Origin: Octopus bimaculoides
Taxonomy: Eukaryota
Assembly (NCBI RefSeq): GCF_001194135.2
Contig: NC_068983.1
Span: forward strand, 15,014,261 to 15,078,260
Reading direction: 5' to 3'
DNA length: 64,000 nucleotides
A model generated the notes under the pieces. It made no database searches. It saw nothing but the letters and a program-made list of their open reading frames with translations, and was not told where the DNA came from. The position numbers were made by a program, and so were the translations under genes. Positions 23,736 to 34,460 of the stretch are shown one piece after another. Position 1 is the stretch's first letter. Each line of letters begins with the position of its first letter.

Positions 23736-24834
23736 AATATGTGAAAGCGTTGTCGACGGACTAAGTAACGTAATGACAAGCAGAATTATTATAAGATATA
23801 CACACAAACGTAAAATATACATAAGCATACACATACACATACACATACACACATGCACATACATGTACACAAATACATACATATAAATACATTGGTATAT
23901 ACGTATATGTATATACATATCTGTATATATACGTATGTATGTGTATATGTAATGATATGTATGTATCTAAAATTTATTAGAAGGCTAATTATCAGAAATC
24001 ATTACTCCAAGCTTTTAACCTGTACAGAGTATAACATGGATCTTGAAATTTAGAATGCTATGGCGGACCCTGGTTAACTCATAGGAAATAACAGAGTAAT
24101 TATTTGTTGGTGAGCTGTATGATTATATATTATTTGAAATGAGAAAAATTAATTTGTTTCTCAATAGTTTTGTACCTATAGATTGTGCATAAATAAAATA
24201 TGAAGCATTATTAAACAGTCCAATTAACACAACTCGTAAAAGAATTAAAAGATTTGAGATGTCTGAGTCACTAATACGTGATAACAAAAATGTTATTCTC
24301 GTTATATTTTACATAATAACTATTTGTTTATTAATATAAAGCTTCGAAGCAGAAGTCTTACATAATGTCTGCATATGTTGACAAGTTCTGATCTCATATT
24401 TAATCCGTCGTGCTTCTGCAAAAAGTGTGGTAATTTAAACAGAAGGGTGCACTACGTTTTTGAGGGGAAAACGTCATGTGTATAGTGATGCAAAGACTAT
24501 TTTAAGAGCCCCTTAAAGACGACAGGCTTTGTATCCTTCAAGGTTGTACAGTTTCATTTTGGTTTGACCAGGTAATGAAGTCTTTTAAATGAGGTCAATA
24601 TTGTGTGTATGTGGATTGCAGGGGTGGGGGATACAAAGAAACATCTGCATACCAGATTAATGATTTTCAAAATATAGTTTCCATTAAGAACACAAGTGAT
24701 AGTAATGCTACAGTTTCAAGTAGAGGGTGTCTATTGGGCTATTTGTGTAGATTCTTGTTTATATATTGTTTAATTTGGTGCTGAATGATGCTGATCTTTG
24801 AGACGCAAAGAGCAGGTTTTTAAGTGTTTTCCAG

Positions 24835-25050
24835 GATATTAATGGAATCGACTTATCCCCACCGCTCAAACTGCAAGCATCCTGCCACGATTTGAAACCG
24901 ATAGTAGTCTGACTTCGGACGCCGAGCAGGTAGAGTTATTAGCACGCTAGGCAAAAATACGTAGCATTCCGTCCGTCTGCTCGTTCTGAGTTCAAATTCT
25001 GCCGAGATCGATTTTGCCTGTCATCCTTTCGTGATCGATAAAATAAGCAC
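24835..25050 (+). mobile_element. SINE family B pieces
   Basis: A 3' part followed by a head containing GTTCTGAGTTCAAATTCTGCCGAGATCG...GATAAAATAAG. Confidence 0.65.
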
Positions 25051-25249
25051 CATAAAAAGTATTGTATTAATGAGAAACGTAACTGCTCTATTCCGACACG
25101 GAGTCTGAGAGTCAGGATATTCAGTCAATAACCATGAGCCCAATAGAATGTAGTGTTTTACTCGAAGTCTTCCCCGAGGACTAAACAGAACGGCCTGATT
25201 CAGTTATTTTTTAATGGGAGGCTAAGCGGAATGATAGATTAGTAGTTAG

Positions 25250-25415
25250 GTAAGAGAGAGAGAGANNNNNNNNNNNNNNNNNNNNNNNGAGGGAGAGAGA
25301 GAGAGGGAGAGGGAGAGAGAGAGAGAGGGAGAGAGAGACAGAGAGAGAGAGACAGAGAGAGAGGGAGAGGGAGTGAGAGAGAGAAAGAGAGAAAGAGGGA
25401 GAGAGAGAGAGAGAG
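25250..25415. repeat. (GA)n / polypurine tract
   Basis: Directly visible, with a small gap. Confidence 0.95.
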
Positions 25416-25805
25416 AAACGGCAGTGTGGGGAGGTGGATAAGTTGACACTAGTGTCAAAGTGGCGGCTGTGATGGTGATTTACGAATAGTCATTGAGAAG
25501 TGGCTTGTGACAGCAAGTGAAGTAGAGCGTTGAAAAAGGGATTGAATTATTTGGTGTTGATGGTTGTGAGGGAACGAGGTAGGAATGGACGTGATGGAAA
25601 ATGGTTAAGGAACGAGGACAGAGGAGTGATGGTAGCGAGGGAGCTGCAACAGGGGCTGATAGATTGAGCTACAGAACAGTCGATGGTCTGAACAGACGCG
25701 CGCACATACGTACGCACATATGCGTAGATACATATGTCGTCAGATGTTTATGCAAGCATACACATATACAAGCATACACATACACACACATACATATATG
25801 TACAG

Positions 25806-25854
<49 letters not shown>

Positions 25855-25866
25855 TATATATATATA

Positions 25867-26160
25867 TGCCCTAATTCTTCGAAACGCTTAGTTTAGAATA
25901 GGGGCAGCNNNNNNNNNNGCCCTAATTCTTCGAAACGCTTAGTTTAGAATAGGGGCAGCTGATGAAGGAAATATTCTCTATGTGGCCTGTGTGTTTTCTG
26001 TGCTCTGTTTATGTTCTGTTTTTCATTTTCATTTTGTCCAGGTTTTTTTGTGACATTCTGTACCCAGATATGCATCTATATATACATGTAGATGTAGGTA
26101 TGTACATGCATGTACGTATATATGCATATACTCACATATTATTTGTATTATTATATATAA
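25867..26160 (+). repeat. Dispersed repeat family F (copy 2)
   Basis: Same blocks as copy 1. The first 41 bp are duplicated across a 10-N gap (likely contig overlap). Confidence 0.8.
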
Positions 26161-26334
26161 ATATAAACACATACATACATACACACGTATATTAGTCTGC
26201 CTCATGGGATTTTATATATATAAATGGCTGTCTTTTTACGCGATACTTATAGAAGTTAGAATATGTGGGTGTCCGTTTGTGTTTGCATANNNNNNNNNNN
26301 NNNNNNACACGAAAAATAGAAGTTGAAACTGCAC

Positions 26335-26491
26335 TGAGTGGCTGTGTGGTAAGAAGATTACTTCCCAACCTCATGGTTTCAGTTTCAGTCCCACTGCGTA
26401 GCACAGCACCTTGGGCAAGTATTTTCTACTACAGCCTCGGGCCGACCAAAGCCTTGTGAGTGGATTTGGTAGACGGAAACTGAAAGAAAGC
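26335..26491 (+). mobile_element. SINE family A, 5' half
   Basis: Near-consensus head through GAAACTGAAAGAA. Confidence 0.8.
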
Positions 26492-27084
26492 TTCGAATAT
26501 ATATATATGGAAGAAATACGACGTGGCATTTTCTATGAAGTTCCAATTTTTGAGCCAGCATCTTACCTTTGGCTGGGAGTTAAATAACACCAACAGGCAA
26601 TGCAATTATATTTTCCACCTGCTTTTATATTGAACCAAACATTTTCATCATTGAAATCTATTTCTATATTTGGAAAAAGTGTAACCTATCCCCTTTCTAG
26701 AAGGAAAGTTTTATATGTCTTCGAACTATCGCCATATTATGCATATTTAAATCATTTTTTTTTGCGATTATTCAAAGAATGCATATGCTTAATAACTCTT
26801 AATGAGTCGATATGCCAACAGGAGAGGCTTCATATTGACGTGATACATTATTCATTTTAATAAAGTTCGTCATGACCCATCTCAGTAAATATGTACAAAG
26901 AATAAAGAAAGGAAAAAAAGGTAAATAATCCAAACAGGCAACAAATCTTTGCAGCAGATCCAGCTCTCATTCATATAATACATGAAATAATTCTAACTTT
27001 TCGAATTCACGAGACAAAGAATCCTCTGAAGATATATAGAATTTTATAAACTGTTTTCCACAAGTATTTCGACATATAGTCGCT

Positions 27085-27519
27085 TGCTTTCCTGTCATTT
27101 GGTCTTAGGTTCAGTCCCAATACGTGACACCTTGGGAACGTATATTATACCATAACTCCGTGCTGCCCGAAGCCTTGTAAGCAGGTTATATTTTTATATG
27201 GAACGTGAAAGAAAGACGCCTGCCGTATTTATATGTATGTGTGTACGTGTAGGAAGAAAGATAGACAGATAGACAGCTATGTATGAATGCATATAACTGT
27301 GTGTGTAACTTTGTGTTGGCGTTATGTTTCTCCCTAACCATCGCTTGTCAAGACGTATTGGTTTGTATGCATGTATGTGCGTCGGGTTTCTTTCAGTTTC
27401 CGTCTACCAAAGGTGTCCACAAGTCTTTGGTCGCCCTAGTGCTATACTAGAAGATACTCGAATGTGTCACGCTGTGGAACCAGATCCAGAACCATATACA
27501 TATACATATGTATGCGCGC

Positions 27520-27566
<47 letters not shown>

Positions 27567-27780
27567 TATACACGCACATACATAGGTATGTATATGTTTT
27601 TCTGGATCTGGTCCCACAGCGGGACACCTTCGCCAAAAGGTTCGACAAAAAGTCAGAAGGAATAAGTACCAGATTTACAAAATAATTACCGTGATCGATG
27701 TGTGCCACTACAATTCTCCAAGGTGGCACCCAGTATGGCCGCAGTCTAGAGACTGAAACAAATAAAAGAAGTAAAAGAGA
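27085..27780. mobile_element. Rearranged SINE family A composite (plus 5' half, inverted piece, plus 3' half)
   Basis: Plus-strand head at about 27085-27230, minus-strand head piece at about 27380-27495, mirrored piece at 27601-27627, plus-strand 3' half at about 27635-27780. Confidence 0.6.
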
Positions 27781-27814
27781 AAAATGATATCTACTGGATC
27801 AATACAACATTTAT

Positions 27815-28015
27815 TATTAAAGCGGTGAGCTGGCAAAATGCATAGCCGTATTTCGTCCGTCTGCCCGTTCTGTGTTCAGATTCCGCCGGGGTTGATTTTG
27901 CCTTTCAACCTTTTGAAGTTGATAAAATAAGTATCTGTCGAGCATTGAGGTCGATCTAAACGATTTATCTCCTCCCACAACTTTGCTGACCTTGGGCCAA
28001 AGTCTGAAAGCAATA
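27815..28015 (+). mobile_element. SINE family B
   Basis: TTATTATT-AAAGCGGTGAGCTGGC...GATAAAATAAGTA...GACCTTGGGCCAAA. Confidence 0.75.
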
Positions 28016-28054
28016 AAATATCGATTATTCTTCTGCCTTCTATCCCAGTATATA

Positions 28055-28330
28055 TCTTCGAAACACCTAGTTTAGAATAGCGGCAGCTGATGAAGGGAAA
28101 GTTCCATATGTGGCTTGCCTGTTCTCCTATGTTTTCATTCTGTTGTCCGTAAAAAAAAGTTCGTTTTTTGTGCCTTATTTATGTCCCCGTTCCTTTTTGT
28201 CCACGTTTTTTTGACGTCCCGTTCCCGGATATGCATCTATATATACATGTAGATGTAAGTATGTACATATATGTATGTATAAATGCATATGCACACATAT
28301 CATTTGTATTATTATATTTGTATGTATATA
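28055..28330 (+). repeat. Dispersed repeat family F (copy 3)
   Basis: Same blocks as copy 1. Confidence 0.8.
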
Positions 28331-28813
28331 TATATTCAAAAGCGTGTGGTTACAGGTTGCTTTGTCTCTTAAAAAAAGCACGAAAGACTACCTTAATACG
28401 TACATACGTATGATCATGTGGATGTGCGTGTTTGTGAGAAAGTGGGTGTGCATGTGTGTGTGTATGGAGGACATACTCGTATCTGCACATATTATAGGGA
28501 AACATGTAATAGAATATGATGAAGTTGAGTAATATATTATATATATCACTTGTGACTTCCAATCCTATATTTACATATATAACATTTAATGCAGATGTAT
28601 CTATTTGTAAATATGCATATACATATATTATACATACATACATACATTCGTGTATACCTACGCATGCGCGCACTTACACATACATACTCACACAGAGACA
28701 CATATGTGTAATGAACATATATTCAAGCAGACATACATAACGAGAGCATAATCATATATATTAGGTTGTTTAAATTGTTAAATACATCGCCTTTTGTCTA
28801 GGACACGTGGCAG

Positions 28814-28874
<61 letters not shown>

Positions 28875-29232
28875 GATATGCAGGCACGAAGATACACATG
28901 CGTTAACACAACACAAACATACAAACTCATTATACATGTGTGTGNNNNNNNNNNNNNNNNNNNNNNNNNNNNNNNNNNNNNNNNNNNNNNNNNNNNNNNN
29001 NNNNNNNNNNNNNNNNNNNNNNNNNNNNNNNNNNNNNNNNNNNNNNNNNNNNNNNNNNNNNNNNNNNNNNNNNNNNNNNNNNNNNNNNNNNNNNNNNNNN
29101 NNNNNNNNNNNNNNNNNNNNNNNNNNNNNNNNNNNNGTGATTAAGTATGGATATTTTTTCACCCCTCAACACGCACGCTCCTTGAATAAATGCATGCGTG
29201 TTTGCGCGTAAGTGTGTGTGTAGGTGTGTGTT

Positions 29233-29323
<91 letters not shown>

Positions 29324-30696
29324 ATTTACACGTATTACTATGCGTGAGAAGGCACACCAACAGTCATTATAAACCGAACTGATAACTTTTATTCTCGAAT
29401 ATGTGTAACTATATAAGTGTTATTTAGCGATTGTTAAATTAAATTATTTGGCTAAATATAATAAGTTCACTTAGCATAGTACCACTTATAATGAAATTTG
29501 GTCCCATTGAGACTCACATCCATATGAATAATGTCTTAGTAATAATAAACAATAAGAAAACGCAGATAAATAAAGCAACAAAACAACAAAAAAAGTTAGA
29601 GAGAAAAGAGGGAAGAAAAAGAGAGAGAGGAGGAAAAGAATAGAAGCAATGAAGGAATTTAGAAAAGAAAATAATAAGCTAGTAAGAATAGTAAGATGTT
29701 GTGAGAAGAAGAAAGGAAATGGGGTGTGAGAGGGGAGAGATGGAGTTAAAACAAATTCAAAATTGCATTAGTTTTTCATTGTTCTAATCGCGTTGATCTG
29801 GGGGAATTGCGTAATCTATTTTTCCAACTCGTAGCATTGAGCTTATCTCGCTATCTCAATTTTCTTCCTCACCAAATTGACGGCGTTTTACTTTTGATTT
29901 TCTTTTTTAAACTTTGATTAAGATGTTACCCAGGTAACTATTTCTTGCTCCCACCCACCACCCTTTACCGGTGCAAAGTTACACCAATGCACTTGATAAC
30001 TTTGTTGAGTGCATTGCCTTTTGTGATAAATATCTGCAGTAAGGTTATTAAGTTTACATGGTTCCATATATATATATTGTTCAGGAAACCTCGTGGAATA
30101 CGCAATCTTCGTTTTCATAATTCTTTTCTTCTCTTTGCTTATTTCTGTTTGGCTTGCTATAGTATTGATGATGCTGTTGACATCAGTGTTGAAGCACACG
30201 ATGGTGCTGCCGATAGTGGATGTTTTAACTCTATAACCTATTCTCTAATTGTTTTATCAGTTCCCTACCTTCCACACTTTTATCCTCACCTCAACAAGTC
30301 AATTGTATCTGAAGTTTCCTCTTGCTTATCTATAGTTAGCCGTCTTTTTAATGAATATTCCTTGTTGAAATGCAGCTCTCAAAATTTAAGTGCACAATAT
30401 TCTGTATTTGATTTGCAAATCTTGTTTCGACATCAAAGAGACTTTTACGAAAGCGTTGTTATTTGTTCATTGTTTATATGTTTTTATTTTAGCTGTGTAT
30501 TTCGTAACATCCGTCGATTCGTGTTTGTTTATTCTTTGTTAAAAGCTATGCGTCAGAAAGACAATTTTGTATTTGAAAACATATTTATTACTTTTGAGAA
30601 TATTTTCTTCAGAACTTCCAAACATTTGGCAGTGATAAAATACACCGACGCTGACAATGATATCAGTAACATTCACAATACAAGTAGTTTTAAAAG

Positions 30697-30845
30697 CAAT
30701 TTATCAACGCCATGCTAGCATCAAGTCACTTGATCAAACAAGAAAGATAAGTTTGCAGAAGTTGGAGACAAGAATGGAATTGCTACCTAGCACATGCGAA
30801 AGAGAAAAAACACAAAGAAACTCCATTATTACTTCTAGAAGGTGA
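30697..30845 (+). repeat. Local 150-bp direct duplication (partner at 32915-33066)
   Basis: CAATTTATC.AC.CCATGCTAGCAT.AAGTCA.TTGATCAAACAAGA...GGAATTGCTACCTAGCACATGCGAAAGAGAAAAAA...AGAAGGTGA occurs twice, about 2.2 kb apart, roughly 85% identical. Confidence 0.9.
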
Positions 30846-31246
30846 AAGGCTACAGAGAAGAACAACAGTCGTAAAAGAATTAAAGTCTTCCCATAACGCA
30901 TTTATCATGAAAATGTCTGAATTTAGTTTAGGCTCGGCACTGGCCCAGCAGAATTAAGGTGAATCATCCCTAATTTCAATATAAATAATAAGGTTTTATA
31001 TATAAAGTTTGCCCAGTATCAAAAAGGAAACAGTGACGATATTCTCTAACATAATTAAAATATCTGGGGTCGATTTAATCACGTAACCCCTTTATTCAAA
31101 TTTCAAGCCTTATGCCTATTTTAGGAATTATTATTTTTATTTCTACATTTGGTACAAGACCATATACTTTCGAGGGTTAGGATCTTTCATTATCTCTCTC
31201 TCACACTCTCTATCTGTCTCTCTTTCTCTCTTTTTCTCTTTCTCTT

Positions 31247-31326
<80 letters not shown>

Positions 31327-31329
<3 letters not shown>

Positions 31330-31836
31330 TGTGTTATGAGAATATTATGGAAAGGTATCCCATAGAACTCAAAAATTTGTTGAGAATGGAGAAGAAATGC
31401 TAAAATTTGAAAGAATTTCTATATATGCATATGATCGTTTCAAACACCAATATTAACATGTAAATTCATAGTAGAATAATTAAATTAAATTAATTACATA
31501 TCACTGAGTTTTAGTTTATACAAAACTAGACTCACATTCTTTAGTATGCTCTTAATTTTCATAAGGATAAATATGTTTATCCGAAAGTCTTCTGTAACAA
31601 TAATAATTGTTTGTTTCTACTTCTTGCACTGAGGAGAACAGTGATATGTAATTAATTTAATTTAACCAAATTAATTTAATTCTTCTACCATGCATTTATA
31701 TCTTAATGTCGCTGTTTGAAACGATCGTATGCATGTATTGAAATTCTTTCAAATTTTAACACCTCCTCTTCTCCATTCTTAACAAATTTGCTGAGTTCTA
31801 TGGGATACCTTTCCATAATATTCTCATAACACACCA
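31327..31836. mobile_element. MITE/foldback element with about 180-200 bp terminal inverted repeats
   Basis: Arm 31327-31506 (TGGTGTGTTATGAGAATATTATGGAAAGGTATCCC...) is the reverse complement of 31639-31836 at roughly 85% identity. Spacer about 132 bp. TA on both sides, inserted at the end of a (TA)n tract. Confidence 0.9.
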
Positions 31837-32094
31837 TATACAAGTAATATTTTCATATTCTAAAAAACTTACACCAGTAAGCTACCAGCAAAATATGAAG
31901 AATCTTTGTTAAAAATCGCCTTTATAGAACACTCCAAAGTNNNNNNNNNNNNNNNNNNNNNNNNNNNNNNNNCACACGCACATATATATATATATATATA
32001 ATACGGCGCATTAGACTAAGGGCAATGTTTGGTACATTTATAAATAAAAAGAGGCGTCTTATACACCAGCAAGGAGGGTAAACGTATCACTTAA

Positions 32095-32350
32095 GAAAGG
32101 GTGGTAGGGTGGCAGAATCGTTAGCAATCTGGGAAAGATAATATAATATTTGTCTTCAATAAGGCGGCACGCCGGAAAAAAATGCTTAGCGGCATTTCAT
32201 CCGTCTTTACGTTCTGAGTTCAAATTCCGCTGAGGTCGACTTTGGCGTTCGAGCTCCATAAAATAGGTACCAGTTGAACACTGCGGTTGAAATTGCTGAC
32301 CTTGTGCCACCCTGAAATTGCTGGCCTTGTGCCAAACTTTTACGCCAATA
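32095..32350 (+). mobile_element. SINE family B (head duplicated, 3' block tandemly duplicated)
   Basis: Consensus blocks, with GAAATTGCTG(A/G)CCTTGTGCCA occurring twice in tandem. Confidence 0.75.
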
Positions 32351-33224
32351 TTTGCATTTAAAACCATGCAAATCACAAGCTCCATACTCAGGGGCCAATC
32401 ACAAGCACGACTACGTATATCTTGTTGTAAACTAAACATTGCGATCTGGTTCCATCTAGTTTTCTTGACAGGCGTAATTTGCTTCACTCACCAGCATCTT
32501 AGTGAATATATATTAACTTCAAAAATCAATAAATGATTCATACTTCATCGCTGCCCGTGGCTTTAATATTAAGAAGAAAGGAGATCGTTACTCTTCAGTT
32601 TGACTTTAGATTCAAAATGCATGTCTTGAATGTTGATTTACTCAGTGTACTCCTAAAAGTTCTCCACCGCTTTACCCACTTTCTTATTAAGATTACGCAC
32701 ATTCGCAAATTCGCACCTTATGTTTAGGCATATCATTGCAGATTGTTATTCCGTGACCAAAGTTATTTCCTCAAAAACAAAAATAAGAAAGGAAAGAAAA
32801 CAGGAGAAAGAAAACTATCAATCACGGTTCCACTCGATATATATTCCATGGAGGTTAATAATTGTTTATAAATAATTGTTTATAAATAATTGTATCAAAT
32901 TTAGACACAACGTTAGCAATTTATCGACACCATGCTAGCATGAAGTCAGTTGATCAAACAAGAGAGATAAGTTAGCAGAAGTTGAAGACAAAATTGGAAT
33001 TGCTACCTAGCACATGCGAAAGAGAAAAAAACACAAAAATACTTCATTATTATTTGTAGAAGGTGAGGTGTTAATCAGTTATCTATTCTATTCTGAAAGA
33101 GAGAAATGCTAATTTGGCCTCCACAGGATTTGAACTCAAAATGTAAGGATTCGAAACATGCATTTTTTCCTGCGTGGATTCTACCAATATACCACTCAAA
33201 TACGGAGGGTAACTGAATTAGAGA

Positions 33225-33425
33225 CACAAAGCCTGAAATTTTGCGTGGGTGGAGGGACTAGTTAATTACATCACCCCAGTGTTTCACTGGTACTTAATTG
33301 ATCGATCCTGAAAGGGTGAACAGAAAATTCGACCTCGACGGAATTTGAACTCAAAGTAAAGACGTACGAACTGCCGCGAAGCATTTTGCCCAGCGCACTA
33401 ACGATTCTGGCAGCACGCCGCCTTT
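33225..33425 (-). mobile_element. SINE family B
   Basis: Reverse copy ending CTAACGATTCTGGCAGCACGCCGCCTT. A partial lies at about 33100-33200. Confidence 0.8.
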
Positions 33426-33778
33426 CCACGGAGAATAATGATAATAATGCAAATCGTTCATTATTTTGTGAAATTAACAGCTGTGATTTCAGTGATGGAA
33501 ACAAATGTTACCAGACCAGTAAAATTGGTGAAACCCGGTCGTGATGTAGTCTAGATTTTGACAGTATACGTTCATGCACGAGATGAACACAGGTGATTTC
33601 TCTTATATTGTTTAAAAATATATCACAGTTCACAAAGTACACCTTAACAGAAGATAGCCTCTAGAACACTGATGTTATCTGTGTCATAGGAGTAAAATAG
33701 ATGTTCTAAACACGACGAGTTGTATTCACGTTTCGTAAATCGTTGTGTATTTGCTTTGCAGACGTTATCGGACAGTGA

Positions 33779-33850
33779 TCTTACGCCGCCATTTTGGATT
33801 TGTTTTAAGCTCGTAGTAGCCAATATATATATATATATATATATATAAGT
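33779..33850 (-). promoter_or_regulatory. Candidate promoter/first exon: YY1 motif overlapping Kozak ATG, then 5' splice site
   Basis: Plus strand GCCGCCATTTTG (33785-33796) is a canonical YY1 site. Minus strand reads CAAA-ATG-GCG-GC|GTAAGA. AGCCAAT at about 33818-33824, a (TA)n tract upstream on minus, locally raised CpG. Confidence 0.45.
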
Positions 33851-34204
33851 ATATTTTCTTTTTCAATGTAGACGGTAGGACTCCAGACACGTTTTGCCGA
33901 AGGCTTTGCTTTGTCGAGATAAGATCGCAGTCAGTGTGTCAGCTGTACGGAAATGATTATAAACTTCTTTATTGTTGTTGTTATTCGCCCAAATTTAGTT
34001 TACAGTTTAGACAAACTACCAAAACTGGATGAGTGGTTTCTCCATTAGTCGATATCCAATTCGGAGAATTCGTCTTTACTATCTAACCAGTTTAAAATCT
34101 TTATCAATTAACGCACATGGCGTTTTTGGCAATATTTCAATCTGGATGTATTATTACTGGGGATGTTTTTAGATATGAACGTGGACCTTATACTAAAGTA
34201 CAGT

Positions 34205-34232
34205 TGTATCATCATCATCATCATCATCATCA

Positions 34233-34310
<78 letters not shown>

Positions 34311-34318
34311 CTATTATT
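34205..34318. repeat. (CAT)n-(TAT)n microsatellite
   Basis: Directly visible. Confidence 0.97.
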
Positions 34319-34460
34319 AAGGCGGCGAGCTGGCAGAATCGTTAGCACACCGGGTAAAATGCTTAGCGGCATTTTGTCCGTCTTTACGTTCTGAGTTCAA
34401 ATTCTGCCCTGCTCGACCTTGTATTTCATCTTTTCGGGGTCAATAAAATATAAAAGCACT
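34319..34460 (+). mobile_element. SINE family B, near-consensus 5' part, directly after (TAT)n
   Basis: AAGGCGGCGAGCTGGCAGAATCGTTAGCACACCGGG...GAGTTCAAATTCTGCC. Confidence 0.85.

Noticed and set aside
25443-25458. Perfect 16-bp palindrome TTGACACTAGTGTCAA (T-box/TALE-like)
   Set aside because: About one such palindrome is expected by chance in a window this size, and it deviates from the T-box palindrome consensus.
25867-25960. 41-bp tandem duplication
   Set aside because: Exact repeat either side of a 10-N gap, typical of unmerged contig overlap.
30286-30380. LHFNKEYSLKRRL on minus resembling homeodomain helix 1-2
   Set aside because: Flanked by in-frame stops, with no helix 3 (WFQNRR) exon found in the window.
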